Positions 25,526-35,290 are shown, counted from the first letter of the stretch. The stretch: 64,000 nucleotides of DNA from Myxococcota bacterium (GCA_036149055.1 JAYZQJ010000082.1:1-64000); one strand, 5' to 3'. Translations and numbers: made by a program. Notes: a model not told the origin generated them from the letters alone.

Positions 25526-26955
25526 TTCTCCAGCTTGGCCTTGAGCAGATCTCCCAGCGTGCCCATGCCGCCCTTCTTGGCCTGCTGCTGACGGTAGTCG
25601 TCGAAGACGGCGCGCTCGGCGTCCTCCTTCGCGGCCCGCATGCTCAGGCGCATCTTGCCCTCGGTGGCGTCGATCACCTTGGCGCGGATCTCGGAGCCGA
25701 GCGGCAGCTCCTTGCGCACGTCGGCGCCGCGGGGGAGCCCGGTCTCGGCCATCGGGACGAGCCCCCGGCCGGCGCGGCCCTGCGTGCCCGCGACCTGCAC
25801 GAAGACGCCGAAGCGCTCGTGCTTCTCGACCACCGCGTTCACCAGCGCGCCCTGCACCGGCCGGAGGTTCTTCGCCTCCTCGCCGACCTGGGCGCCCTCC
25901 TGCGCGAGCGCGAGCGACACCCGCTGCCGCTTGCGGTCGACGTCGCGCACCACGACGAGCAGCTGCTGACCGACCTCGAGCTGCTCGGAGGGATGCTCCA
26001 CCCGCGCGCTCAGCTCCGAGACGTGGAGCAGGCCCTCGACGCCGGCCGCCAGGCGCACGAAGGCGCCGAAGTCCGCGAGGCGCGTGACCTGGCCGCCGAT
26101 GACCTTGCCGATCGGAGCGATGGTCTCGATGCCGTCCCACGGGTCGGCGGCGAGCGCCTTCAGCGACAGCGTGATCTTGGTCTTCGGCCCCTCCTGCTCG
26201 ATGCGGGTGACCTTCACCTCGACGATGTCGCCCACCGAGAGCACGTCCTCGGGGCGCTGCACGCGGTCGTGGCTGAGCTCGCGCACGGGGATGAGGCCCT
26301 CGACCCCGCCGAGATCGACGAAGGCGCCGAAGTCGCGGATCTGGGTGACGCGCCCCCTCGCGGTGGCGCCCTCGTCGAGCTTCTCCATCAGGGTCTCGCG
26401 CGCCGCCGCCGCCTCGCGCTCGAGCAGCCGGCGCCGCGAGAGCACCACCTCGCGATCCTTGAGCTCGCTGATCAGGAAGTGGTGGGTCTGTCCGACCCAG
26501 GTCGCCGGATCCTCGACGTAGCGGGTGTCGAGCTGCGAGAACGGGCAGAAGCCGCGCAGGCCGGCCACCTGGACCTCGGCGCCGCCCTTGTTCACGCCGG
26601 TGATCTTGCCCTCGACCGGGAGCCCCTGCTCGTGGGCGGCGGCGAGCTGGTCGACGCCGGCGTCCTTGCCGAGCGCGGTCCCGAGCTCGATCTGCTGCGC
26701 CGAGTCGATCGAGAGGATCTGCCCCTGGACGGTGTCGCCCACCTTCACGCGCAGGTTCCCCTCGCGGTCGGCCAGCGCCATGCGGGGGAAGAAGCCGGAC
26801 TGCTTGGCGTCGAGGTCGACGAAGACGGCGTCCTGGGTGATGTGCGCGACCACGCCCTCGACCGCGTCGCCCACCGACAGCCGGCGGGCGCGCCGCTCTG
26901 GCATCTCCTCGGCGGCGAAGAGATCGGCGAAGCTCGGACCGTTTTTCTCGCTCAT
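25522..26955 (-). CDS. S1 RNA-binding domain protein (ribosomal protein S1-like, five S1 repeats)
   Basis: SFADLF N-terminus, repeated DFGAFVDLGG.EGL.H.SELS units, C-terminal GMGTLGDLL. Confidence 0.85.
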   Translation of the reverse strand: MSEKNGPSFADLFAAEEMPERRARRLSVGDAVEGVVAHITQDAVFVDLDAKQSGFFPRMALADREGNLRVKVGDTVQGQILSIDSAQQIELGTALGKDAGVDQLAAAHEQGLPVEGKITGVNKGGAEVQVAGLRGFCPFSQLDTRYVEDPATWVGQTHHFLISELKDREVVLSRRRLLEREAAAARETLMEKLDEGATARGRVTQIRDFGAFVDLGGVEGLIPVRELSHDRVQRPEDVLSVGDIVEVKVTRIEQEGPKTKITLSLKALAADPWDGIETIAPIGKVIGGQVTRLADFGAFVRLAAGVEGLLHVSELSARVEHPSEQLEVGQQLLVVVRDVDRKRQRVSLALAQEGAQVGEEAKNLRPVQGALVNAVVEKHERFGVFVQVAGTQGRAGRGLVPMAETGLPRGADVRKELPLGSEIRAKVIDATEGKMRLSMRAAKEDAERAVFDDYRQQQAKKGGMGTLGDLLKAKLEK

Positions 26956-26999
26956 GGTCGGGCCGATCTAGCACTGGCGGTCGTGATAAGGGAGGGGGC

Positions 27000-27647
27000 A
27001 TGGAGCTGGACTTCCACTTCGACTTCCTCTCGCCCTACGCCTACCTCGGCTGGACGCGCATCCACGCGCTCGCCGAACGCCACGGCGCGACCGTGCGCCC
27101 CCGGCCCCTGCTCTTCGCCGGGCTGCTGAACCACCACGGTCAGAAGGGCCCGGCCGAGATCCCGGCCAAGCGCCGCTGGGTGTTCGAGGACACGCTCCGC
27201 CGCGCCCTGCTCTTCGGCGTCCCGTTCGCGCCCCCGCCCTCGCACCCGTTCAACCCGCTGCTCGCGCTCCGCGCCACCCTCGCGGCGCCCGAGCCCTCCC
27301 GCCGCGCCCTGATCGACGCGCTCTTCGCCGCCACCTGGGGCGACGCGGAGCTCCGCGGGGTGGACCGCCCGGAGACGGTCGCCCACGCCGCCGAGCGCGC
27401 GGGGCTCGATCCGGAGGCGCTGCTCGAGCGCGCGAGCTCACCGGAGGTCAAGGCGGCGCTGAAGGCGGAGACCGAGGCGGCGATCGCGCGCGGCGTCTTC
27501 GGCGTCCCGACGGTGTTCGCTGGCGAGGCGCTGTTCTGGGGGCTCGACGCGTTCGATCTCCTCGAGCTCCACCTGAGAGGCGAGGACCCGCTCACCCCCG
27601 AGGTCCTCGCGCGCTTCCGCGAGATCCCCGCTTCCGCCGAGCGATGA
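27000..27647 (+). CDS. 2-hydroxychromene-2-carboxylate isomerase / DsbA (kappa-GST) family
   Basis: FHFDFLSPYAYL, PAEIPAKR, HPFNPL.ALR, RGVFGVPT..LFWG.D. Confidence 0.88.
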   Translation: MELDFHFDFLSPYAYLGWTRIHALAERHGATVRPRPLLFAGLLNHHGQKGPAEIPAKRRWVFEDTLRRALLFGVPFAPPPSHPFNPLLALRATLAAPEPSRRALIDALFAATWGDAELRGVDRPETVAHAAERAGLDPEALLERASSPEVKAALKAETEAAIARGVFGVPTVFAGEALFWGLDAFDLLELHLRGEDPLTPEVLARFREIPASAER

Positions 27648-27665
27648 GCTCGTGTTGGGAGATCG

Positions 27666-28530
27666 ATTTCACGCAGAGGCGCAGAGGCGCAGAGATGGCG
27701 GCGGGATGGAGACTGGCCGCGCCGTGTCGACCTCGTCGATCGGGTGTCTCTTTCACGCGCCGTTCTGGGGAAAGTAATTTCACGCAAAGACGCAAAGACG
27801 CAAAGGGCCTCGGGATGGTGGCTGGCCGGCGGTCACCGGGCTGATCGAGCTCGCTCTCGGGAAGAGTATTTCACGCAGAGGCGCAGAGTCGCAGAGATGG
27901 CGGCGGGATGGAGACTGGCCTCGCCGTGTCGAGGCGACCTCGTCGAGCGCGCGGCTCACTGATCTGGAGAGTCCGAGAGGCGTCTCGCGGTCCGATCTTC
28001 TCCCTCGTCGCCTTGGGCCCGCCCGTGCCCGTGCCCTTGCCCGCGCGGAGGGGTCCAATCGGAGATCCCGGGGCGCCAACCCGGGGCCTGGCGTGTCTTC
28101 CTTCCCCCGGCGGCTCGCCTGCCGCTCACGCTCCGTTCTGGGGAAAGTAATTTCACGCAAAGACGCAAAGACGCAAAGACGCAAAGGGCCTCGGGATGGT
28201 GGCTGGCCGGCGGTCACCGGGCTGCTCGAGCTCGCCCTTGGGAGGAGTATTTCACGCAGAGGCGCAGAGGCGCAGAGATGGCGCCGGGATGGAGACTGGC
28301 CGCGCCGTGTCGAGGCGACCTCGTCGAGCGCGCGGCTCAATGATCTGGAGAGCCCGAGAGGCGTCTCGCGGTCCGATCTCCTCCCTCGTCGCCTTGGGCC
28401 CGCCCGTGCCCGTGCCCTTGCCCGCCGGGAGGGGTCCAATCGGAGATCCCCGGCTCAGCAATCGGGGCGTGGCGTATCTCCATCGCGCCGCCCGCTCGTC
28501 TCTGCGCCTCTGCGCCTCTGCGCGAAAAAA
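27666..28530. repeat. Composite intergenic repeat island (internal 373/381-bp tandem duplication; inverted terminal motifs)
   Basis: ATTTCACGCA(G/A)AG.. motif at 27666, 27777, 27868, 28150 and 28249; reverse copy at 28500-28530; 27760-28070 repeated at 28133-28451. Confidence 0.9.
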
Positions 28531-28603
28531 ATCTTCGCCCAAGTCCGTCGATCGAGCGGGAGAGCCGACGAGAGCCAGATACGCGAACGAAGCGCGAGGA
28601 GGG

Positions 28604-29023
28604 CTAGCGACAGATCCCGCCGCTGGTCCCTCGTGGATCGCAGAGCGCGGAGCCTTCGCAGGAGGTGCAGTCACGGCCGGCGTAGCCGCAGGCGAGGTCG
28701 CTGGTGCCGCTGCGGCAGGTGTCGGTCTCGTCGCAGCAGCCGTTGCAGTTGAACGTGTTGCACATCTCGCAGCGGCCTCCGCCGACGCCGGTCTCGGCGC
28801 ACATCGCGGGGGAGCTGCACTCGACGCAGCGGTTGCCCGAGGAGCCGCACGCGGTCTGGGCGAGCCCGTCGACGCAGCGGCCGTCCTCGGTGCAGCAGCC
28901 CTCGCAGTTGAACGCCGAGCACGCCTCGCCGGCGTCGCTCATCGGGGCCGGATCACGCCCGTCGTCGCCGCCGCAGTCGAAGAGCGCGAGGGCGAAGAGG
29001 GAGAGCAAGCCAATCGTCTTCAT
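28604..29023 (-). CDS. Small Cys-rich lipoprotein with two CxxFNCxGCC repeats
   Basis: Signal ending in DC-GG; CSAFNCEGCC..C..G....ACG..G..C..C, then CNTFNCNGCC.. Confidence 0.75.
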   Translation of the reverse strand: MKTIGLLSLFALALFDCGGDDGRDPAPMSDAGEACSAFNCEGCCTEDGRCVDGLAQTACGSSGNRCVECSSPAMCAETGVGGGRCEMCNTFNCNGCCDETDTCRSGTSDLACGYAGRDCTSCEGSALCDPRGTSGGICR

Positions 29024-29158
29024 GGTGAGTCTTTCTCACCGCACCGGCGCGCAGCCTCAGCAATGCTCGGGCCATCGCCGCTCCCCGCCACGGAGCGCCG
29101 CGAAGCGCGCAGAGCGTGGACCCCCCTTCACGCCGACCGCGCCACGAAGGCGCAGCCG

Positions 29159-29416
29159 TCAGCCGCGCTCGAGGCGCTCGACGACCTTCACGTAGGCCGC
29201 GCGGGCGTCGTCGGCGCTCATGCCCTTGCGCGAGGCCCAGGCGTCGAACTTGGCGCGGCCCTTCATGTCGAGCATGCCCGGGCGCTTGCCGCTGACGTCG
29301 CCGCTCGTGGCCTGCTTGAACAGCCCGTAGAGCTCGAGCAGGGCGTCGTTGCCCGGCCGCTTGGGCAGCTTCTGTACGCGGTCGACCGCCGCCTGGAATT
29401 CCTTCTCGTCCGCCAT
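29159..29416 (-). CDS. Acyl-CoA-binding protein (ACBP), 85 aa
   Basis: FQAAV..V..LPKRP.ND.LLELYGLFKQAT.GD....RPGMLD.KGRAKFDAW; GAGGTGAGG upstream. Confidence 0.92.
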   Translation of the reverse strand: MADEKEFQAAVDRVQKLPKRPGNDALLELYGLFKQATSGDVSGKRPGMLDMKGRAKFDAWASRKGMSADDARAAYVKVVERLERG

Positions 29417-29418
29417 CC

Positions 29419-31035
29419 TCACCTCCTCGAGAGCTCGAGCTTGTTCTTCGCGGCCTTCGCGATCTTCTTGCGGCCGCCCTTCTTCACGACCTCCTCGAGC
29501 AGCTCCTCGCCGCCGAGGTCGTCTTCCATGAAGCAGAAGCCGACGTAGTACATCTCCTCGAGGCCCACGCCACGATCCTTGCGTAGCGCGGAGACCACGT
29601 CGTACCCGCTCCGCTGCAGCTCCGCGAGGCGGGCGAGCGCGCGGTCGGCGCCGCGGCTCCTCGGATCCAGCTTGCTGTCCTTCAGCCGGATCGAGGCGAG
29701 GCGGTAGCGGTCCTCGTCGTCGGCGAGCGAGAGGCGGCCGAGGGCCCGGAGCACCCGGGCCTCCTCGTCGGTCTTGCGGGCCTTGCGCAGCCGGGCGGCC
29801 TCGGCGCGCAGCGCGTCGGCGACCTTCTTCGCGTCCCGCTCCACCACGAGCGAGAGGGTGGGGGACCACGACTCGTCGCCCGCGCTCAGCCCCTTCACGC
29901 CGGCCTCGAGGAGCTTCTTGCGCATCGCCGGGGTCAGCGCGTCGCGCCGCGCCTCGAGCACCCGGCTCACCAGCTTGGCGCGCTCCAGCTCCGGCGTGTC
30001 CGCGAGCAGCGCGACCAGCGGGCCGGTGGCGTCCTCGCGGCCGCCGAGCGCCTCCGCCGCCAGCTCCGCGCGTCGCTTGTCGCCGCGGGCCAGGATGTCC
30101 ACCAGGGTCTCGGTGGGCTGCTTGCCGCCGAGCGTGCCGAGCTTGTCGATCGCGATGCGCGCCCGATCGAGCTCCCGGTGGAGCGCGAGCTCGCTCAGCG
30201 CCGGGGCCAGGTTGGCCGGCAGGCTCATCCCGGCGAGCGTCATCAGCGCCGTCTGGGCCAGCGCGCGATCCGGGGCCCCCGCGGCCGCCACCAGCGCCTT
30301 CACCACCTCGGCCGACGCGCCGCCGGCCATCGTGAACCGGAGCGCGATCAGCGCCTCCTGGCGCACCGCCGCCGGCTGCTTCGGGTCGCGGGCGAGCGCC
30401 AGCAACGTCGGCGCGGTCTTGGCGTCCTCGAGGTAGCCGAGCACCTTCACCGCGGCCGCCATCGCGCTGACCGGCGGCGCCTCCTGCGGGGCCAGCTTCT
30501 TCAGGAACTTCTCCAGGCGCCCGCGGTAGCTCCGGCGCGTCGCCGCGTTCGCCTGCTTCACGTGGGCGCGCAGCTCGAGCGCGGTGGCCCGGTTCGACTC
30601 GTCGTCGCCCTCCTCGAGCGCGTCGAGCAGCGCGTCGAAGGCCTCCTTGCCGCCGAGCCGGCTCAGGATCGACTCGAGCGCGCGGCGCTCGTCGCCCTCC
30701 GCCTCGGTCAGCCGCGCCTTCACGTCCTTGACCACCGCGTCGCCCACCGAGGCGATGGCGTCGGTCGCCGCCTCGCGCACCCCGGCGTCGCGGCTCGCGA
30801 GCAGCGGCCAGAGGGAGGGGAGGGCGGTCTTGGTGACCCCGATCGCGCGCAGCGCGTCGAGCGCGTGGCGCTGCAGGGTCGGGCCGTCGTCCGCGATGAC
30901 CCGCCCCAGCGCCTTCACCACCGCCGCGCCCTTCGGCTTCAGCTCGCCGAGCACGATCGCCGCCGCCATGCGCCGCTCGGGCGCCTCGTGCTCGAGCATG
31001 CTCACGATGCGGTCGATCGGAGACTTCCCCGCCAT
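29419..31035 (-). CDS. HEAT-repeat protein
   Basis: ERRMAAAIVLGEL, LQRHALDAL, VREAATDAI, VRQEALIAL helical repeats. Confidence 0.75.
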   Translation of the reverse strand: MAGKSPIDRIVSMLEHEAPERRMAAAIVLGELKPKGAAVVKALGRVIADDGPTLQRHALDALRAIGVTKTALPSLWPLLASRDAGVREAATDAIASVGDAVVKDVKARLTEAEGDERRALESILSRLGGKEAFDALLDALEEGDDESNRATALELRAHVKQANAATRRSYRGRLEKFLKKLAPQEAPPVSAMAAAVKVLGYLEDAKTAPTLLALARDPKQPAAVRQEALIALRFTMAGGASAEVVKALVAAAGAPDRALAQTALMTLAGMSLPANLAPALSELALHRELDRARIAIDKLGTLGGKQPTETLVDILARGDKRRAELAAEALGGREDATGPLVALLADTPELERAKLVSRVLEARRDALTPAMRKKLLEAGVKGLSAGDESWSPTLSLVVERDAKKVADALRAEAARLRKARKTDEEARVLRALGRLSLADDEDRYRLASIRLKDSKLDPRSRGADRALARLAELQRSGYDVVSALRKDRGVGLEEMYYVGFCFMEDDLGGEELLEEVVKKGGRKKIAKAAKNKLELSRR

Positions 31036-31097
31036 CCGGCGAGAATACACGCGATCGCGCTTGCCGCGTCCAGGGTCGGTGGGCACCCTTCGGATCG

Positions 31098-33971
31098 GTG
31101 GGGAAGGCCGAAGCACGCAGGGCGGGACACGACCCCGAGGCGCTCCTGGCCGCGATCGAGCGGGCGACCCAGGCGGGGCTCGCCGCGGTCGACGCCGACG
31201 GGGTGCAGACCTACGCGAACCCGGCGTTCTGCCGCATGCTCGGCTTCGCGCCGGAGGAGCTCATCGGGCAGCGGGCGCCGTTCCCCTACTGGCCGGTGGA
31301 GGAGCGGGCCCGCATCGAGGAGGCGTTCGCGGCCACCGTGGCCGGGACGGCGCCCGAGGACGGCTTCGAGCTGCGCTTCTGCCGGAAGGACGGCGCGCGC
31401 ATCGACGTGCAGCTGCTCATCGGGGCGATCGTCGAAGACGGGCAGCCCGCCGGCTGGCTCGCCTCCGTCCAGGACATCACCGCGCGCAAGCGCGCCCTCG
31501 CCACCCTGGCCGACGCGCAGCGCCTCGCGAGCGTGGGGACCTGGGAGTGGGACGTCGCCAGCGGCGAGGTGCGCTGGTCGCGCGAGCTCTTCCACCAGTA
31601 CGGGCGGGATCCCGACTCCTTCACGCCCAGCTACGAGGGCTTCCTCGCCCAGGTGATCGACGAAGATCGCCCCCGGGTGCAGGAGGCGCTGCGGCGCACC
31701 CTCGAGGAGGGGCGCGAGTACGCGATCGAGCTGCGCATCCGGCGGCCGGACGGCGAGGTCCGCGTGCAGCAGACCCTCGGCCGGCTCGAGCGCGACGACG
31801 CGGGGCGGCCGCTCCGCATGTTCGGCACCACCCAGGACATCACCGAGCGAAAGCGCCTGGAGGAGGAGCGGCTCGGGGACACCGTGCACCGGATCGCCGC
31901 CTCCTTCGCGCACGAGCTGGAGGAGGGCCGGCTGGTCGCGCGCATCGTCGACGAGGCCGTCTCGTTGGCGGCCGCCGCCTCGGGCGCGCTGGTGGTCGAC
32001 GGGGCCGCGCGCGGCGGAGACCTCGCGTTCGCCGAGGCCATCGAGGCGGCCCCGGCGCTGCGGGAGGCGATCGGGGCGGCGTGGCGGGCGGGGGAGAGCG
32101 TGCGGCGCGACGACGTCGGAGCCGACGCCGCGCTGTCGGAGGGCGCGCCCGCGTCGCTGGTGAGCCTGCTCGCGGTGCCGATCCGCAGCCGGACCGGCGA
32201 GGTGCTCGGCGGGCTGGTGCTCGGTCACCCGCGGCCCGGTCGGTTCACCGCGCGGGTCGAGCGCCTGATCGCCGGCCTCACCGCCCAGGCGGCCGTCGCG
32301 CTCGACAACGCGCGCCTCTACGGGAAGGTCCGGCAGGGGCAGCAGGCCGCGCAGCTCGCGCGGGCCGAGGCCGAGCGCACCGCCTCCATCCTCGCCGACC
32401 AGCGCAGCGCGCTCGAGCAGATCGCGAGCGGGGCGCCCCTGGGCTCGACCCTCGAGACCCTGATCGAGTCCATCGAGCGCCACGCCGACGGCGCGCTGCG
32501 CGGCTCGGTGCTGCTCTTCGACGCGGAGGCGCGGGTGCTCCGGCACGGCGCCGCGCCGAGCCTGCCGCCCGCCTACAACGCCGCCATCGACGGCGTCGCC
32601 ATCGGCCCGGCGGTCGGCTCTTGCGGCACGGCGGCGCACGACGACCGCGAGGTGCTCGTCGTCGACATCGAGACCGACCCGCTGTGGGCCGACTACCGCG
32701 ACCTCGCCCTCGGGCACGGGCTGCGCGCGTGCTGGTCGACCCCGATCCACGCGGCGGACGGCGCGGTGCTCGGGACGTTCGCGATCTACTACGACTCGCC
32801 CCGCGCGCCGACCGACGAGGAGCGGCAGATCGTCGGCACCCTGAACCGCACCGCGGCCATCGCGATCGAGCGCACCCGGGTGGAGGAGGAGCTGCGCGCC
32901 GCCAATCAGCGCAAGGACGAGTTCCTGGCGCTCCTCGGGCACGAGCTGCGCAACCCGCTCGCCCCGATCCTGACCGCCCTCGAGCTGATGGAGGACGACG
33001 GAGCCCACGGCGAAGAGCGCGCCGCGATCGAGCGGCACGTGGGCCACATGATCCAGCTCGTCGACGACCTCCTCGACATCTCGCGCATCACCCGCGGCAA
33101 GGTGGAGATCGAGCGGCGCCCGGTCCCCCTCTCGGAGGCGGTCGAGGCCGCGGTCGAGCTGGCGAGCCCGCTGTTCGAGAAGCGCGCGCATCACCTCTCG
33201 GTCGAGGTGCCCGACGTGCTCTGCGTCGACGGCGATCGGATCCGGCTCGCGCAGATCTTCGCCAACCTGCTGACGAACGCCGCGAAGTACACCGACCCGG
33301 GCGGTCGGGTGACGGTGCGGGCGGCGCGAGAGGCCGAGGAGGCGGTCGTCCGGGTGACCGACGACGGCATGGGCATCGAGCCCGCGCTCCTGCCCCGCAT
33401 CTTCGAGCCCTTCACCCAGGGCGTGCGGGGCATCGACCGGCTCGAGGGAGGCCTCGGGCTGGGCCTGCCGCTGGTGCGCAGCCTGGTCGAGCTGCACGGC
33501 GGCGTGGTCTCGGTGCGGAGCGACGGGGTGGGGCGCGGCACCGAGGTCGAGGTGCGGTTGCCGCTCGGCCGGGAGGCGCGCGAGGCCGAGCCCGCGCCGC
33601 CTCGCCCGTCGCGCCCGAGCCCCTCCGGCGCGCCGCTCCTGGTGGTGGACGACAACGAGGACGCGGCGATGATGCTCGCCCGCATGCTCGGCCGCGCCGG
33701 CTACGAGGTGACGGTGGCCCACGACGGCCCGTCGGCGCTCGCCCGGGCGGCGGAGACCCGCTTCGAGCTCGCGGTGGTCGACATCGGGCTCCCGGTGATG
33801 GACGGCTACGAGCTCGGCCGGCGGCTGCTCGAGATCGCGCCGACCCGCCTGGTCGCGGTCACCGGCTACGGCCAGGCCTCGGATCGCCGCCGCAGCGCCG
33901 AGGCCGGCTTCGCCGCCCACCTCGTCAAGCCGGTGCGCAAGGCCGAGCTCCTCGAGGCGCTCGAGGGCTGA
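31098..33971 (+). CDS. Hybrid sensor kinase PAS-PAS-GAF-GAF-HisKA-HATPase-REC (soluble)
   Basis: YANPAF, GTWEWD; GSCGTAA..ACWSTPI GAF; KDEFLALLGHELRNPL; NLLTNAAKYT; GLGLGL; DIGLPVMDGYE. Confidence 0.92.
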   Translation: MGKAEARRAGHDPEALLAAIERATQAGLAAVDADGVQTYANPAFCRMLGFAPEELIGQRAPFPYWPVEERARIEEAFAATVAGTAPEDGFELRFCRKDGARIDVQLLIGAIVEDGQPAGWLASVQDITARKRALATLADAQRLASVGTWEWDVASGEVRWSRELFHQYGRDPDSFTPSYEGFLAQVIDEDRPRVQEALRRTLEEGREYAIELRIRRPDGEVRVQQTLGRLERDDAGRPLRMFGTTQDITERKRLEEERLGDTVHRIAASFAHELEEGRLVARIVDEAVSLAAAASGALVVDGAARGGDLAFAEAIEAAPALREAIGAAWRAGESVRRDDVGADAALSEGAPASLVSLLAVPIRSRTGEVLGGLVLGHPRPGRFTARVERLIAGLTAQAAVALDNARLYGKVRQGQQAAQLARAEAERTASILADQRSALEQIASGAPLGSTLETLIESIERHADGALRGSVLLFDAEARVLRHGAAPSLPPAYNAAIDGVAIGPAVGSCGTAAHDDREVLVVDIETDPLWADYRDLALGHGLRACWSTPIHAADGAVLGTFAIYYDSPRAPTDEERQIVGTLNRTAAIAIERTRVEEELRAANQRKDEFLALLGHELRNPLAPILTALELMEDDGAHGEERAAIERHVGHMIQLVDDLLDISRITRGKVEIERRPVPLSEAVEAAVELASPLFEKRAHHLSVEVPDVLCVDGDRIRLAQIFANLLTNAAKYTDPGGRVTVRAAREAEEAVVRVTDDGMGIEPALLPRIFEPFTQGVRGIDRLEGGLGLGLPLVRSLVELHGGVVSVRSDGVGRGTEVEVRLPLGREAREAEPAPPRPSRPSPSGAPLLVVDDNEDAAMMLARMLGRAGYEVTVAHDGPSALARAAETRFELAVVDIGLPVMDGYELGRRLLEIAPTRLVAVTGYGQASDRRRSAEAGFAAHLVKPVRKAELLEALEG

Positions 33972-33974
33972 CCC

Positions 33975-34586
33975 TCACCCCGGCTCGCGGCTCACGAAGG
34001 CGCGCACGGTGTCGCGGCGCGCGAGCCGGAACAGGATGAAGTAGACGGCGAGCAGGATCAGCGCCTCGAGCACGAACCAGCCGGTGAGCCCGCCCTGCAT
34101 CGCGGACGTCACCATCTCGGCGGGGAAGGCGGTCAAGCTCGGGTCGTCCTGGATGGCGACGAGCTCGGAGGCGAGCGGGAGCAGGGTCATCACCCGCACG
34201 ATCGGCTTGCCGATGGCGAAGAGCGCGTTGGCCACGATCGCCTGCTGGCACCACCAGAGCGCGGTGGGGCGCCGGAGGGTGAGGGTGAAGCTGGCCAGCA
34301 CGAGCAGGGCGGACACGACCAGGTTGGCGGCGCCCAGCCCTCGCACCAGCGGGTGGCCGGTGAGCGTCTCCCGGACGGTGTCGGCGGCCGCGCGGGCGGC
34401 CTCGCTGGCCCCCGCCGGCGCCTCGAGCGCCACCGCCGGCCCGGCCAGCTCTCCGTAGCCGCTCGCCACACCGGCGACCCCGAGGACGGTCATCGCCAGC
34501 GACAGGATCAGGGTCGCCTTCGCGCCGGGGAGCGAGAGAGGGGTGGCCACGGGCGCGAACGTAGGGAGCCCGGAGCCCGGGCGCAA
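33975..34586 (-). CDS. Hypothetical membrane protein (about 4 TM; start uncertain)
   Basis: Four hydrophobic segments; fills the gap between flanking genes. Confidence 0.6.
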   Translation of the reverse strand: MRPGSGLPTFAPVATPLSLPGAKATLILSLAMTVLGVAGVASGYGELAGPAVALEAPAGASEAARAAADTVRETLTGHPLVRGLGAANLVVSALLVLASFTLTLRRPTALWWCQQAIVANALFAIGKPIVRVMTLLPLASELVAIQDDPSLTAFPAEMVTSAMQGGLTGWFVLEALILLAVYFILFRLARRDTVRAFVSREPG

Positions 34587-34641
34587 ACCCCCGCCGCAAA
34601 CCCGGCCGCGAACCGACGCCGCGCTTTTTTTCGCCCGGTCG

Positions 34642-34669
34642 GGAACCTCGGCGCCCGGCCCGTGTCGAA
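34642..34669 (+). promoter_or_regulatory. ECF (sigmaE/AlgU-type) promoter
   Basis: GGAACCT-N16-TCGAA with an upstream T7 tract, ending 40 nt before ATG 34709. Confidence 0.5.
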
Positions 34670-34708
34670 CGCACCCAGCGCCGCTGTCTCCGCGGCCGAG
34701 AGGAGCTC

Positions 34709-35290
34709 ATGGAAACGAAGGTGAACGCGATCCTCCTGGTGGCCCTGCTCGTGAGCTGGGGCGCGCTGACCCTCGCGGAGCCGGCCGCCGCGCTCGAGCT
34801 CGACGGGGAGGAGGTCCGCGAGGGGGCAGACGACCGGCTCGCGGAGCTCGAGGACGCCTTCGCCACCCACCGGGACGACCCGCGGCTCGCCCGCGCGCTC
34901 GCCGACCGCTACCTCGCGCTCGAGCGCCCCGCCCTGGCCATCGCCGCGCTCGGCGCCGCCAGCGCCGACGTACGGCAGGATCCGGCCACCCTGCACCGCC
35001 TCGCCCAGGCCTACGAGGCGACCGGCCGCATGGAGGACGCCCTCGCCACCGCGCAGCTCGCCCTCGCCCGCTGCGCCCGCGCCCTCGGCACCTCCGGCGC
35101 CTCGACCGTGACCCCGGTCCCCGCCCACGCCTGCTCGGAGCGGACCTACGCGGCCCTCGACATGCACGCCGGCGCGCTCGCCTACATGCACCGCTGGGGC
35201 GTCGAGGACGTCCGTCTCGATCCCCGCGCCCGGCAGGCCTACCTCCTGAGCGTCCGCTCGGCCCGGCTCGTCAGCGCCTCCGCGGACTGA
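34709..35290 (+). CDS. Exported or anchored TPR-like hypothetical protein
   Basis: N-terminal hydrophobic segment; LHRLAQAYEATGRMEDALA TPR-like helix pair; GAGGAG RBS. Confidence 0.7.
   Translation: METKVNAILLVALLVSWGALTLAEPAAALELDGEEVREGADDRLAELEDAFATHRDDPRLARALADRYLALERPALAIAALGAASADVRQDPATLHRLAQAYEATGRMEDALATAQLALARCARALGTSGASTVTPVPAHACSERTYAALDMHAGALAYMHRWGVEDVRLDPRARQAYLLSVRSARLVSASAD

Noticed and set aside
25522..26955. Gene symbol rpsA
   Set aside because: The 477-aa five-domain form with a divergent last repeat and no cmk/ihfB context is more likely an S1 paralogue; this cannot be decided without the whole genome.
27666..28530. CRISPR array
   Set aside because: Motif spacing is irregular (111, 91, 282, 99 bp), the intervening sequences are duplicated rather than unique, two motif variants alternate, and there are no cas genes in the window.
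27644..28752. ORFs of 66-219 aa across the repeat island
   Set aside because: They are translations of the repeats (SRKDAKTQR, LCASAPLRE) in several frames, with no protein-like composition.
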